Shown one piece after another: positions 52,701 through 64,000 of a stretch of DNA of 64,000 nt. The stretch comes from Geosiphon pyriformis uo1 (Eukaryota > Fungi > Glomeromycota): assembly GCA_016748015.1 (NCBI GenBank), contig JAAOMT010000639.1, positions 190,689 to 254,688 on the forward strand, read 5' to 3'. A program made the translations under genes and the position numbers. Under the pieces are notes generated by a model. The model was not told the DNA's origin. It did not search any database and was given only the letters and a program-made list of their open reading frames with translations. Each line of letters starts with the position of its first letter. The stretch's first letter is position 1.

Positions 52701-55700
52701 GAATAATTTTGTTTTATTAAATAGAGAGATCTACTAGTATAAGCTATAATGTGTTTTTTATTATCTTTGTTTTTTTAAGATAAAATAGTACTAAATCCAA
52801 AGCCAGATGTATTAGTATAAAAGATAAAAAATTGATTCAAATTAGATTGCTTAAGAATTGGTTCAATAATTAACTTTTCTTTAAAGTTTCAAAAACTTTT
52901 TGTTAATATGTATTCTAATAATAATTGACAGTTTTTTTGAGTAGCTAATTGAAAAAAAATACAATTTTTGAGAAATCTTTAACAAACTTTTAATAATAAA
53001 AAGCCAAATCAAGAAAAAAACATAGTTTATAAATGTTTATTAGTTGTTTAATATTTTGGATTTTTTCAATCTTGGCTGAATTAGGAAAGATTTTATCTTT
53101 ATAATAAGATAACCAAAGAATTAAATAGATTGATGTTCAAAAAAAAATTTAATTAGATTGATTTTAAGATTAGTATTTCTAAAAAAATCAAAAACTTTCT
53201 GCAAATATTTAAGATATTTATCTCAGATTTTTGAATATACTATTATATTGTTTAAGTAAATTAGAACAAAGTTTTTTTTTATGAATTCAAATACTTTGTT
53301 TATTAAGTATTAAAAAGTAAGAGAAATATTAATAAGACCAAAAAGCATAATTGTAAATTTATAAGTATTATACTTAGTAATAAAAACAGTTTTCTTTCTG
53401 CTTTTTGAATTTATATTTACTTGTTAAAATTCAACAGTTAGATTAATAATTAAGAAGAAAGCAGCACTATTAAATTGGTCTAACATTGTATTAATCTTGA
53501 AAAATAAATATATGTCTTTTTTAATAATAGTATTTAATTGGCAGTAGTTAATATAAAAGCATAAGATTCTATTTTTTTTGGATATTATTACAACTAAAAA
53601 GACTTATTTACTCTTGGTTTCTTGTATAAATCCAAAATTTTTTATCTGGCTTATTTTTTTCTTGATGAATTTATTATTGTAATAATTAAATTGATAAGAC
53701 TTTAGGTAGATAGAACAAGTTTTTTTAATAGTAATAGTGTGTTGTATTACATAAGTACATTTAAGAATATCATTTTTTTTAATATAACTGAACTGTTTTT
53801 AACCAGTAGGTTTTTAATGTTTATTTTTTTTCTTTAGAAAAAAGTTTTTTTTGTTTTATAGTTAGTGATTAAATTTCAAATAATTTATTTTCAAAAAACT
53901 TTTGTATTTCTTTTATTTTTTCTTTTGGTATTAGGTTGATTGGTTTTTAATTTTTGTAATAAATTAAACAAAACATGCATTTATCACTAAAAAAATACAA
54001 TAGTTTATTGTATTAATACCAAATATAAGAATTATATCATTAATAACTATATTTGGCTTTTTTGTCAAAAGTTTTTTTGAATATGTTATAGTAAGACCAA
54101 CAAATTAGCTTATTATTTATGATGATTTTTTTTTGTTAGCTTTAAAATTGTCCAGTAATTTGCTATTGTTGATAAAGATAGTATAAACAAATTTAACAGT
54201 TTTTTTTTATTTTTTTTTATTGCTTTCTTTATCATCTAATTTATTTAATTGTTCTTTTTGGTTTTGTTTGGTTACTAAAAAAGTTGTCTAATAACAATAT
54301 TTAACCATAATAGACTTCTTATCATACCTAATAATTAATTTATATAGTTTATAGTTAAGCAAAACTTTGGTTTTCTTAAGTCATTTATTGCCAACAATAA
54401 TAGTGTATTCTTTGGTTTTAAAAACTTTTATGTTAATTTTAATGCTAATATCATTAATGCAAACAGAAACAGCTTTAGCAATACTAAGTTCTTTTTTTTT
54501 ATTACTGTATATATTGATTATAGATCTAATAAAAAGTTTATTAATTTTTCTACTAATGGCTTTTAAGAAGTGTTTAATAATAATACTTACAAATAATCTA
54601 CTGTTTAAAATCAAGTTAATAAAATAACCAGCCATTTAGATTTTGTAAATTAAAAAAGTAATATTATTATTGTTAGTAAGTTCAATTTAATAAGAGTACT
54701 TGTTAGTTTTTGATATTTTTTTTTTTGGAATTAAGAATTTTTTTTGAACTATCGATTAGTCATTAACTGATTAAAGATAATATAAACTAGAGTTTTTTTG
54801 AAATTTTTAACAATAAAATAGAGGCCAAATTTTTGTACTATTTTAAAAGTTTCAACTTTGAAGAGTTCTTAAAAACTTTAGTCTTTAATGACTCATTATT
54901 ATCAACAGTAAAAGTTAAAGCTTTGTTGAAATCTAAAATAAAATCAACTTTGGCTTTTTTTTTCTTGTGGATTTAAAAAAGTTAATAGTTAGTTTATTCA
55001 TATTATAATTATTATTAGTTAAGTTAAAAGCATAAAAAAGTTTTTTTTTGGTTGGTTTGTACTCTCACTTTTTGAAAGTATGCTTATCAGTTTAAAGGCT
55101 AATAAATAGTAACTTCTATTAAAAAATTTTTTTCAAAAAAATTAATGTTGGCATAATTAGATCTTTAATTAAAGACATTATTATTATTAAATCTGTTATT
55201 TTAATTATTATTGTTTTTAGAAGCTGATAAAGACAATAGAAAATTGTTGCAGTTTTTTAAAAAGTGTCTAGTTAATCTACAATAATAGCATACAGATGAG
55301 CCATAATTTTGCTGTTTTTAGTAAAATATAGTTTAAATCTAGATCTTTATAATTGTTAGCTATTTTTGACTACTTGTGCCAAAGGCTTTAATAGTCAAAC
55401 AAAATTAGTTGTAAGTTTATTTATTAATTGTTTATTTAGGTTTTAAGTCTAAACAGCAAAAAAAATAGTAGCTATTTGGAAAGCAGAAGCAAAAACTAAA
55501 ATGTTGATTTCAAATACATTCTTTAATTTTTTTCAATTTTTTGTGCAAGCTCAATGGCCATATTTATTGTGAGATTATTTTATAAGACCAAAAAAGACCA
55601 AAAAACATAAAATAAGTTGGTTTTTAATTTTTTTGTAAAAAAATAAATTTTTTGTTTTTCTGTTTAATTTTTTTAAAGTTTACTTATTTGATAAGCTTTT

Positions 55701-57319
55701 TGATTGCTTTGGCATCCTTGATTACAACTTTACTAAAATTTTGAATTTTTTTTAATTCTATGTACTATTTGGAGATTAAAATAGAAGTTATGAATTTGTT
55801 TTCAAATTAAATAATAAAAAAAGTGTTTTTTTTCTCAATATTTACTGGTATTCATTTAATAATTTTTTATTAAGCATTGATATTGGTTTTTTGTAAGAAT
55901 TATGTTGTAAAAAAGCCTTAAAGATAGTTATTAAAAATTTGGAACTTATAATCAGCATTATATTAATTGGCTATAACTGTTCTTTTAAAGTTATTTAATT
56001 ATTTAATTAGATCTTATATAGTGTTTCTGAATAATAATAATAAAGTATTATTTTTTTATCTTAAAATAGTATATATATTTTGAAAAACAGCCAAAATATT
56101 TGTTTACATAGAATCAACAGCTATTGGTTCAAAAGTAATTGTTTGTATAAAAAGATCTAATTCACTTAAAAAAAATCAAAAACAAGAGTGATTTAATAAC
56201 TTTTTTCTTCTGTTTTAAAAAAAGTTTCAATTAATTAATAAGCAGCAATTTAGATATAGATTTAATAATTCAAATATTCGAAATTAAGAAGCAGTTGGTT
56301 AAAAGTTGTTGAATATAAAAGTTAATTAATATAGTTGTTTTTTTCTTTAAGAATTTCTTTAAAGTAAACTTAATTAAAGAAAATAAATTATATAAACTAT
56401 ATAGATTTTAGTTAAATGTTTGTTCAAAAACCAATTCCAAAAATTTTAGAATTGTTTACTAGATTTTTTTTTAACAGAAAAACAGATCAAATAAGAGAGT
56501 AGAAGATTGAGTTTAATAAAATCTAGATCATTTTTGTTGTGTGCTACAAAGTATTTTTCTAATTATTGTAACAGATATAAATAATTACCTATACAATAAA
56601 GAACAAAGTGAATTTTAACAATCTTACAGAAAACATTACTTTTATGTTATGAATTAAAATAATAAGTTAACAGATAGCAAGAAAGAACAAGATTGTAGAA
56701 TAATGAAATAAATTAAAGAAAATTTAATTTTAAAAAGCAAATTAAATAAATATGAATTTAATATACAAAACCAGTTTCATAAAATATCTTAGTTGTTATT
56801 TTTTTCAAAAAATAATTAAGGAAATTAAAGATAGAAAGAAAGTTTATATTGTTAACAAATAATAACTTACTGGTATAATTCTATGCTTTATGTTAGTACT
56901 TTTAAAATTTAATATCAAATATTAGATATGTTTTTCAGTCATATTTTATTTAATAATTTTCAAATGCTATAATTATATGAATTAAAAAAAGAGTAGATAA
57001 ATATTAACAAGTAATTTTTTATTTCAAGATGTTCAAATACTTAAAAGTAGGGAAAAAAAAATAAGCAATATAAGAAAGATTAAGATAATAGTTGTTATTT
57101 TATTTATTTTTAATTATTAGTATATATATTTTTATAGTTAAGAGACTTATTACTTATATAGTTATTAAAAGTGGTTAATAATTAAATCAATGATCAAATT
57201 ATTGATTAAGTCAATAATTAAGTCAATGATTACTATCTAAAAATAAAATGGCTAATTATATAACATTAATGGCTAATACATATGATAATTAATAAAAATT
57301 ATGAGTTTCAACTGTAATA
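49736..57319 (-). mobile_element. Gypsy element E (distinct family, no dUTPase seen); 3' LTR 49736-50434, 5' LTR 56645-57319, TSD GTAT/ATAT
   Basis: ~0.7-kb direct repeats, PBS ~56621-56644, PPT 50435-50450. RT motifs at 53330-53630 (KTVFIT...IMLFGL), IN QTNNLVEYFNR at ~51690, protease at ~54400-54620. Confidence 0.85.
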
Positions 57320-59325
57320 ATATATTAATATAAATTAATAAATATTATTTTAATATTAATAAAAATATTAAAAATAATTTTAATTTGTTAAAAAATATAT
57401 TTAAAAAAACATTATAAAAATTACAATAATAAAAAAAACAATTATTAAAAAAATTCAAAAAAAAAATTGATTTAGTAAACAAAAAACTATTTTAATTTTT
57501 GTAATAGTATTAAAATAAAGATTATTTTTTTAATTATTTTTTAAATACTATTAGAATTAATAATATTTTAAAAAACAAAAAAACAAAAGTGTTTTAATTT
57601 TAATTTTATTAGTTTAATAAGTTAATTGGTTAAAGTTATGTATTAAAACATAATTTGTTTTGTTTTTAAAATTTATAAAAATTTAATATATTAAGCAAAT
57701 TAATTTTGACAAATATATTACTATGATTATTATTATTTACAGCCAAATTAAAATTAAGTACTATAATAAATACAGTTATAACAAAATTGGTAAAAACACC
57801 AATAAACCAAAAAAAAGCAATATTTTATTTTTTATAAAAAAAATTGGTTTCAAATTTAAAGAAAAAATGTTATTTTTTTGTTATTTTAGCTTTTTTAGTT
57901 ATTTAAAGAAAAATAAAAAAATAGCTTAATTACTAATTTAAGATTAAAATTTCTAAAAATATTTATAGTAGTAATTAGTTACTTACTTAAAAAACATCTT
58001 AAATAAAAACACAAGAAAAAAAAGTTTTTTGTATATTTTATTAATATTCTTAATTTATTTATTTATTTTAATTAACAAATTAATATTTAATTTTTTATAA
58101 TATATAATAATATAAAAATTGTTTATTTAAATTCAAATTCCAAAAAAAACTTATATTATTTAGTTTTATAAATTTTACGTTTAGAATTAAAGCAAAAGAA
58201 CAATTATTATTTTTTATAATATAATTAAAAAAGCTCATTTAGTATTAAAAACATTTTTTTCAACTAAAAGTTATTTTTTAATTAAAGTTTTTCTAAATAA
58301 CACATCAAAAATACTTTTAGTATTATTACAACTATTATTAAAATTTCTAAGATTTTTATTAACAAACCAGTAATAAAACTATTGTTTTTTCTAGTTACTA
58401 TTATTATTATCTTTCAAATAACCAGAAAAATAAAGTAATTAACACTATTATTAATTTTAACTTTTTTGCAATTTAAAAACATCAGCTCTGTATTTTTTAA
58501 AACTTGAAACTTTTTATTACTGTTTTAAAACCTGTTTTTTTTATTAATCTTATTTAATAAATATAACAGATTCTAAACTAATCATTAACAATGGTATTTT
58601 TTTAATTTAAAAATAGATATAAATTAATATTTATTATTAAAATTTCCTTTTGGAAAGAACGAAGAGAGAAATTATTGATAAATCTGGGACTTGTATGAGA
58701 AAGCCCAATTGATCAGAATTGTAAATTTTATTCAAGAATGAGAAATTCTATTTCATAAGTTCCAATTCTTATATAAGGTTCACCTCAGCTAAAGAAAATT
58801 CAAATTATCAAAAAAAATTTAATTATTATTTGAAAAAATCAAGCAGGTTCCAATTTGGATAAATGAAATAAGTTTTCGAGACGCCTTTTAATGTGATCTC
58901 ACGTAAATTTATAGATGGTTTTCTTTCATTAAAAATTTTATGTGTTATAAAGTATTTACAAGTTTTATTTGAATATTTCAAAAATTTTGACAAAATACCA
59001 AGATGGTATTCTTTTAAATAATCCTCGGCTGAAATTTTGAAAAGATGACAATTATCAGTTAGTTCCCTTAAGTTTGCCCATATTTAATTTTAAGAAATGG
59101 GGAAACTTTCAAGTGAAAATGAAGCTAACCATTCACAAACAAAAATATCTCTCAGATTATCTAAATATTTATATTCCTGATAAAAAGATCTTGCTGAATG
59201 TGTATTTTTATTATGTAAATTTCGAGTCAAATATTTTTTCAAATTCCTAATTACAAAAAACACCCTTCTTTCTTATCTGCTTATAAATTCTCGATATGTG
59301 AATTCCTTTTAAATTTGAAAGAAAT

Positions 59326-60535
59326 ATGAAAAATTTTCAAACTCTTTGGTGGTATCTGCTCTTCTTGATATTGGCCTATGTGTTATCAGGTTCACTGGTG
59401 AATCCTGCGACTGGGAAAATTCCAATAACAGATGAAAAATTTCGCGATATGCTGGCAAACAATGCTTTTCATGCAAGTCAAGCTGCATGTATTAAGAATG
59501 AGCAAAAAAAATTATCTCCTGAAATTCATAGTTAACTATTTTTAATTCATTTCAATTGTGATTAAAAAATTGAAACTTAGAAAATTATAATATTGTTAAA
59601 TTTTAGTGGAAATCCCAAAAGATTCAAGTCCACAACAAATCATATGGACCTTGTCTTACAAAGAAGAAACTTCAATTTGGCTTGGGAAAAAGTCAATTTT
59701 GGTTCCTTATCCACATGTACCAGGTGGATTAGTAGATGAGAAAGATTTTAAGTCATGGTTAAAAGCTCAAGAAAGATTTCTCAGCATAATAAAAAAAGTT
59801 CTTTTGAAACCTAACTTTTATAATATGAGACATCTTTTTACATTTAATGGGTTTGGGACAGGTGGAGGTAAGTCTTACTTTTTAATTTTTTAATTTGAAT
59901 TATTTCTAATCTCTCGACCATTTCAATTTCAGTTTACGCCGTTTACGCAGCATTAATATTCGCAGTCACATATCACACATTACCAATAGTAATCACATTC
60001 GGTAAACCACGAATGGGGAACATGGAATTTGCTCAATTTGTTGAAACTCAAATCATTCATTATCGTGTCACTTACCGTGACGATTCTACCCCAAGCTTCC
60101 CGGAAGTGGGGTTCTCTTCCGTTAGTAACCAAAAATTTAACTTCATTCCATTAAGTAGAGAGTATTGGATTCCATATCAAGACCAATGTGAATGTTCCTC
60201 CGAATCAGTAGAAAAAGACCGAACAAAAGTTGTATTTGTTTATGAATGTTTTTCTAAGAGGTCATTAAAACCACATCGGGTAAGTGAGCGCGTTTGGGAT
60301 TTCAATAAAAAAAAGGACTCCCTCTATTGCCACCCTTTGTATTTCAAAATTAATTTTTTTTATATATTTTATTTATGCAAAGTATTGTAATGCGGGTTGG
60401 AGAAAACGAATAGACAAACGAATAAGATTGGGTATGAGACGAATAAGTGAAAGGGAGCAAGTAATAAAAATGCGCCAAAATTTTGACCATTTCGGACCTT
60501 ATTTCGGTTATATAATGGGGCAATGTCCTGTTTAA
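59326..60535 (+). CDS. Secreted class-3 lipase homologue, probably catalytically inactive, 321 aa; exons 59326-59530, 59607-59867, 59933-60279, 60383-60535
   Basis: Signal peptide, then FTFNGFGTGGVYAVYAAL (GHSLGG-equivalent), ITFGKPRMGNMEFAQFV, YRVTYRDDSTP, EYWI and DHFGPYFG. GT-AG introns give 966 nt in frame. Confidence 0.82.
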
Positions 60536-62354
60536 AATTTCTGGGAATCTTGATTGCATAATGAATAATTATCTCATGAGAAGCACCTTCTTGATATTTT
60601 AACATTAATGTCTATTTTTAAAATAAATTTTTTAAATTTTTTAAATAATACAGATTTAAAACAATTAAAAGTTGCGTTAAAAGCATTTTTTTCTTTAACA
60701 AAAAGTTTTTTTTTTAGTTAAAATTTATTTAAGCAGCATAATAATGTTATTAATTAAAATTTAGCTCAAAATTATTATTTAATTTAGCACGAATTGCTAT
60801 TTTACAAATTATATTAATAATTTATTATTGTTAGCACAATTTTTCAAATTTTATATTAATTTACAAGTATAATTAAATATTGTGATTAAATTATATAGTA
60901 CTCTAAAACATATAACAATAAGATTACAAGCAGTTTAAACAAAATATAAAATAATTTAAATAAAATTTAAACAGTTTAAGTAAAAATTAAAGCAAAAAAA
61001 AAACTTTTTATTTTTTCATTTTTATGACCACATTTAAAACAAAGAATAAAAAAAGTTGCTTTTTTTTTTATATTGTTTTTAATATTTTTAATGTCTTAAA
61101 AGCCTTTTTAGAAATAAAAGCAGTTAAATAATATTTTTCTAAAGTGCTTTTTTTAAGTAATAAAAACACAAACCAGTTTTTAATTACTGGAAAAACATTA
61201 TTTTTAGCTTTAAGTAAAAGTTTCTTCCAAGCAATTAACTAAAAACAGTTCTAGTGTAATTGTTATTTTTACAAAAAATTAATAACCAAGTTATTTTCTT
61301 TAAACCAATTTTTTTTTATTGCTATTTAAATAATTAAAAAAGCAAAATAACTTATTTTTTTTTTCAAGCTTAAAACAATCAATGTTTTTAAAATACCAGA
61401 GAAATTTGTTTTTTTTGGTATTTTTTAAAGCATTATTTTTGATTTAAAGTCTGTCTTTTTTTTTGAAAAAAATAAATTATAGTTTTTTTGGTTTTTTAGT
61501 ATTTTTATTAATTTTGTTGTAATTTCACTAATTATAATATTGTTACCAAAAATTCTTGCTTTTAAAAATGGTTATTTATTGATAATAATCTCAAATTTAT
61601 TACTTATCTATTGCTGTTAAAATTTTGATCCAATTCTATTAATGTAATATATTTTATAAAATGTTTTAAAAAAATAATATCTAAATTCAAGTTTTTTAAA
61701 CAATTACTATCTTGTTTTAAATATAAAATATCGTTAATGATAATAATTTAAGTCTTAAAAAATTAGTTAAATCCATTAAAACTATTTATTTATTAATTTT
61801 TAATGAATTTTATTGGCTTTTTTTTAAAGTATAAAACTTAATAATAAAATGTTTTAATTTTATAAATCTTTAAAAGTATTTTTTTTTAAATAATAACAAA
61901 ACTTATTTTAAATTCAGTATCTTAAAATAATTAATGTATTAAAAATTAGTAGTTAATTAATTATAAGATTATTAAATTTTAATAAAAAGAATTAAAAATT
62001 TTTTTTTAATTAATTATTTTTAGTTAAAAAAAAATTGTTGAATTTTTATTTTAAATATAAGAATTATTATTATATTAAATATTTATTAAAAAATATATTA
62101 ATTAAAAAAAAGTTTTTCTTTTATACTAATATTTATTGTATTAATTTATGATTTTTAACTTTTAGTTTTATTAAAATATTTGTTAATGTCTTGTAAATTA
62201 ATATATAATTTCAATAAACTATTTAATATTTTAAAAAACTTTAATTAATTTTAATCTAAACTGCTTAAGTTTTAGTCTAAAATATTCTTGTATTTAAAAT
62301 TTAAAGTTTTATATGTTTAATTATACTATTTTGTATTAATTTAACATGAAAATT

Positions 62355-64000
62355 AAAATCAGGAATCTATTCTTTGTCTCCTTAATTTTATGACCACAAC
62401 CAGAGCTAAGAGTAAAAAGGCTGCACCTGATATCTGTCCTAAGATATCTAATAAAATTTCAACCAGAGGAGCTCTTTCTGTTGTAGAAACAACTAGGCAA
62501 AACGTTTTAGAAGCCTTCCCCTTACCCAGTAATCGTGAGAAACTGCCTTTGGTAGCCACTGAATCAACTTCCCTATCTTTGGCTGGTTTTTCACCAGTCA
62601 AAGTTCCTTCAAAGAGACACACTTGGATTAGTCCCAGTATTGCCTCCACCCCGACTAAGAGCCCAAAAGTTTTTAATAATAGACCAGTAAATAAGCTGGT
62701 CTTCCCTTCTATAGACTCAACACCTGGTGCTTCTGGCACTACCTCTTCAAAAAAATGGTCAAAAAGACCAAAAGTTCAGAAAGGTGGGAGCAGTCGCTTG
62801 CCTCTGCTATTGTCATACTGAACCCCTTTGTGGTTCCCAATGAGATCCTAGATGAGATCTTAGTAGCATTATTCGGCATGTTGTCTAAGATAGGCCAAAA
62901 TCAACCACTGGCTGTATTGCCAAATGTGGTGTCTTCCGGCAGATCATCACCAGTTTTAAAAGCAAAACAATCTTCTTCTGTAGGGTTACCTGTTCTTGAG
63001 AACTGGGCTGATCAAATGGAAACTGATTCATCTCCTCCTCTAGTTTCTGGTGCTACTTCTGATAGTGCTTGGGAAACTATTCCTAGTCATCAAAGATTTG
63101 CTGGGTGAGTGGCCTCCACTCTGGTGTCTGGTGCTACTTTCAAGACCAAATTGGCTCATGTTAAGACTGTTTTTCAGTCTGTGCATGGTTTTTTGGGTGC
63201 CAAATCTATTTCAAAAGACAATATAAAGCTTTTCTGTATGGAGTTTGCTTCTCAACAGTCTTTGGAAGCTGCGTTTCTGGTTGAGCTTACAAGCTCTGTT
63301 CGTTTGGCCACACTCAAAATTGCCAAGTCTTTGGTGGTTTCTGAATTTGGTTCTTCTTCTGCTGCTGTTGTGCTGCGTGATGTACCTTTGGGTGTGTCTG
63401 CTGCTGACATTAAGTTGGCTCTCAGTGTGTTTGGTAGTGTCACTCGTGTTGTGCTAAAGCCTGCTGGCATTTGGCAGTATGTGGTGGTTTATTTTGAAAA
63501 GTTGGACTCTGCTGTGTCTGCCTTGAAGCATTGGTCAGTCTTGGTGGGCAAGAATAGTGTTAGAATCCTCCCTCTGGTAAATCAAAATGAGACTATTTTG
63601 TCTCATGATAAGTTTAAGGCCAAATTGGTCAACCTTCCCCCTGGTTGTACTGTCTTTAAAATCAATGATATAATTTCTCAGATTGGTGGTCGAACATGTT
63701 TCATCTCTCATTCTTCTGATTCTGGTCATTGTTTCCAGTTTGCTTTGGTTACATTTGGCTCTCAAGATGATTTGGATTCTGCTGTAGTCAAAACTGGTAC
63801 TCTAAGAAAATGCCGTATCTGGTGGGAAACTCTTGGTTGCTGGCGCTGCTTTAGGTGTCAAGAAATGGGCCATCTAGTCATAGATTGCAAGATTTCTCCA
63901 CCCCCCACTCCCAAGGTTCCCAAGATTTTTAAGTCTCATTTTGTGGGTTCTGCTTCATATGCCAAGACTGCTGCTCCTTCTGGTTTTTCTGAGTTTCCTC
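62355..64000 (+). mobile_element. Relatively young LINE, ORF1 (gag-like, RRM-like segments and CCHC knuckle), running off the window
   Basis: ATG at 62390, one A-run frameshift (~62750), one TGG>TGA (63106), then an open frame with LRDVPLGVSAADIKLALSVFGSVTRV and CFRCQEMGHLVIDC (63847-63888). No LTR upstream. Confidence 0.85.

Noticed and set aside
57550-58640. ORF 57723-57929 and other I/K/N/F/L-rich ORFs in AT-rich tracts (also the 60600-62340 region)
   Set aside because: Composition-driven ORFs in eroded DNA with no assignable domain.

Overview
Eukaryotic, very AT-rich fungal DNA. Intron style, gene set and transposon proteins point to Glomeromycotina/Mucoromycota (Geosiphon-like); this is my inference. 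About 6 kb is host sequence in two CpG-retaining islands. The first (~7.6-12.1 kb) holds an Mpo1/DUF962 gene and the Ran GTPase gene, both on the minus strand with exons resolved. The second (~58.6-60.6 kb) holds a secreted class-3 lipase homologue lacking its nucleophile Ser. The rest is decayed retroelements: a four-deep nest of Ty3/Gypsy elements (D 14439-~48380 contains C 20119-44203, which contains B 28923-42115, which contains A 29856-39857), two solo LTRs, a separate Gypsy family (E 49736-57319), further LTR fragments and several pieces of an RNase H-bearing LINE. The main Gypsy family is unusual: 4-bp YR-centred TSDs, a long AUG-less N-terminal extension of Gag, a Cys-rich domain and a dUTPase between protease and RT, no chromodomain, and a conserved extra ORF after integrase. 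All repeats show heavy C>T/G>A mutation that spares TCGA and CCA/TGG and stops at the gene islands. This suggests a RIP-like or methylation-driven genome defence with an unfamiliar context signature. All counts and alignments were done by eye.
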